64,000 bases of DNA from a virus: IMG/VR virus record IMGVR_UViG_3300029959_001566. The stretch is one strand, 5' to 3'. The position numbers and the translations under genes were made by a program. Position 1 is the first letter of the stretch, and each line of letters opens with the position of its first letter. The notes beneath the pieces are model-generated. The model saw nothing but the letters and a program-made list of their open reading frames with translations. It had not been told where the DNA came from and made no database searches. Of the stretch, positions 62,702-64,000 are shown piece after piece.

Positions 62702-63070
62702 TCAAACATCGATGGTCACAGAGCATTTATCAGACCTAGCTTTCATGTCTTCCAGGAACTCCCAAGTCATGAGCGGGAACCTGACCCCAAGTGCCTCCAG
62801 TCCCATGCCAAATCGAGTTGGTGTGAAGGTGAAGCCATTGGGCTGCATTGACGGGCTCTCCTGTGCTATCCTGGTAATGAACTCCTCGGCACAGTTCTCT
62901 GTTGGAGCCCAATAAGCTTGGATGTGCGGGTCAAGCTCATCAGCGCTGTTCTTCGCTTCCTGGAGGGAGCTCCAGGCAATGGGATAATGCGACTGCATAA
63001 CAAAGCCTTCTCCTGGCAGGATATTTACACTGAGGCCGCGCGATGAGGCCTCGAAGTGGAGCTTTAACAT
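62702..63070 (-). CDS. Hypothetical protein downstream of integrase
   Basis: Same strand, 30 nt after the integrase stop. Confidence 0.5.
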   Translation of the reverse strand: MLKLHFEASSRGLSVNILPGEGFVMQSHYPIAWSSLQEAKNSADELDPHIQAYWAPTENCAEEFITRIAQESPSMQPNGFTFTPTRFGMGLEALGVRFPLMTWEFLEDMKARSDKCSVTIDV

Positions 63071-63100
63071 GAAGATAACATGTTATCAAAGTATATAGGA

Positions 63101-64000
63101 TCAGATGCCAAGCTGCGGAATATGTGCCATATAGCTTTCCCTCAACTCCTTTCTATCGATGTGGTTATATATATCTACAGCCTCGTTCCTGACATCGCCT
63201 CTAAGCTCCTTCACGAAGTCCCTGGACATGCCCGACCTAATTAAGTACGTCGTAAACCAATGTCGGCAACAGTGGGGTGTGAAGCGCTCCTCCTGCCGTT
63301 TAGACTCTGGTATATGGAGCCCAACCCTGGTGGCGTGCAGGATCACCAGCTTATGCACCTCGCTGGGGCTGATCCTGGACGATACCCGGCTCGGAAATAG
63401 GGCCCTATCGGTCTTTTCTCTGTTCTCCCTGGCCCTGATCCAGGCTGCCAGGATATTAGCAGTTTCATAATCGAAATATAGTAGCCGATTGCTTCTTTTC
63501 GCTGTTGGCTTCAGCATTACTTCCATTCTCTCCAGGGATACATCATCGACGTCCAGGGCTGCAAGCTCTGCCCGCCTCATCCCGGTCTTAGCCAGCAGGG
63601 TCACTATGGCTTTATCCCGGCTGTCCAGAATAGAGCTGATGAGCATGGCCATTTGTTCTACAGATATGAGCTGCCTGGGGTCCGGCACCTCCTCCTTATA
63701 TCCCTTCAGGTAACGCCGACGAAAGGGTATTATGGGGTTGGTTTCGACCTGGCCCTCTTCTACCAGGTACTCGTAGAAGGTGGACAGGCAGGCAAAGCAA
63801 TGGTCCAGGGACCTCTGCTTTACATCTCTTTCTCTGAACGCCTCCAGGAAGGCTTTGAGGTCTGGCCGGGTCACATCCTGGGGCCGTACTCTCCGGGCCT
63901 CCAGGAATGCACAATACCGCCTGACATATCTATAGTAGGTGCTGGCTGTCTTCATGCGCCTGAGCTGGCAGTCTGCGAGAAAGTCCTCTGCTATACCCAT
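63101..64000 (-). CDS. int: Tyrosine recombinase/integrase (XerC/D-like)
   Basis: TGMR, TAK, HCCRH, LRG and DIY catalytic motifs. Confidence 0.93.
   Translation of the reverse strand: MGIAEDFLADCQLRRMKTASTYYRYVRRYCAFLEARRVRPQDVTRPDLKAFLEAFRERDVKQRSLDHCFACLSTFYEYLVEEGQVETNPIIPFRRRYLKGYKEEVPDPRQLISVEQMAMLISSILDSRDKAIVTLLAKTGMRRAELAALDVDDVSLERMEVMLKPTAKRSNRLLYFDYETANILAAWIRARENREKTDRALFPSRVSSRISPSEVHKLVILHATRVGLHIPESKRQEERFTPHCCRHWFTTYLIRSGMSRDFVKELRGDVRNEAVDIYNHIDRKELRESYMAHIPQLGI

Larger units (their letters stand above)
155..64000. mobile_element. Integrated archaeal tailed provirus (contractile tail, myovirus-like); right end lies outside the window
   Basis: Complete terminase-portal-protease-MCP-neck-sheath-tube-TMP-baseplate gene set, terminal tyrosine integrase, and a truncated host-like gene at the left edge. 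Confidence 0.93.

Noticed and set aside
63990-64000. attR / right provirus boundary
   Set aside because: The window ends exactly at the integrase ATG, so the boundary cannot be seen.

Overview
Almost the whole window (about 160-64000) is one integrated archaeal head-tail provirus with a contractile tail. The host is probably Methanothrix-like; this is inferred from protein families, not checked. Left to right: (i) the 3' remnant of a host DUF362-like gene, apparently cut by integration; (ii) a ~21-kb early/accessory region with an RHH and an AbrB regulator, ERF recombinase, two HNH nucleases, a dCTP-deaminase-like/ASCH/DUF5131/ATP-grasp operon, membrane and secreted morons, Holliday-junction resolvase, MazG-like protein and about a dozen wHTH proteins, but no recognisable polymerase, primase or helicase; (iii) packaging and head genes: TerS, TerL, portal with a fused HNH domain, MuF-like minor capsid, HExxH peptidase, multidomain XkdF-type protease/scaffold, cement protein and MCP; (iv) neck and fibre genes, including an exact 960-bp tandem duplication; (v) sheath, tube, G/GT chaperones with an intact -1 frameshift site, tape measure and baseplate; (vi) a tyrosine integrase whose ATG is the last codon of the window, so the right att site is not visible. 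Most unusual signals: two paralog-like coiled-coil+wHTH genes, each followed at its stop codon by a ~190-200 bp cassette bounded by cognate GTTGA/TCAAC inverted repeats (candidate initiator+origin or invertible switch); a set of tRNA-like T-loop elements, including a 61-nt t-element ending 3 nt before an AUG; several hairpin-dense non-coding tracts; and the portal-HNH fusion. All protein calls come from motif recognition by eye; no database searches were run.
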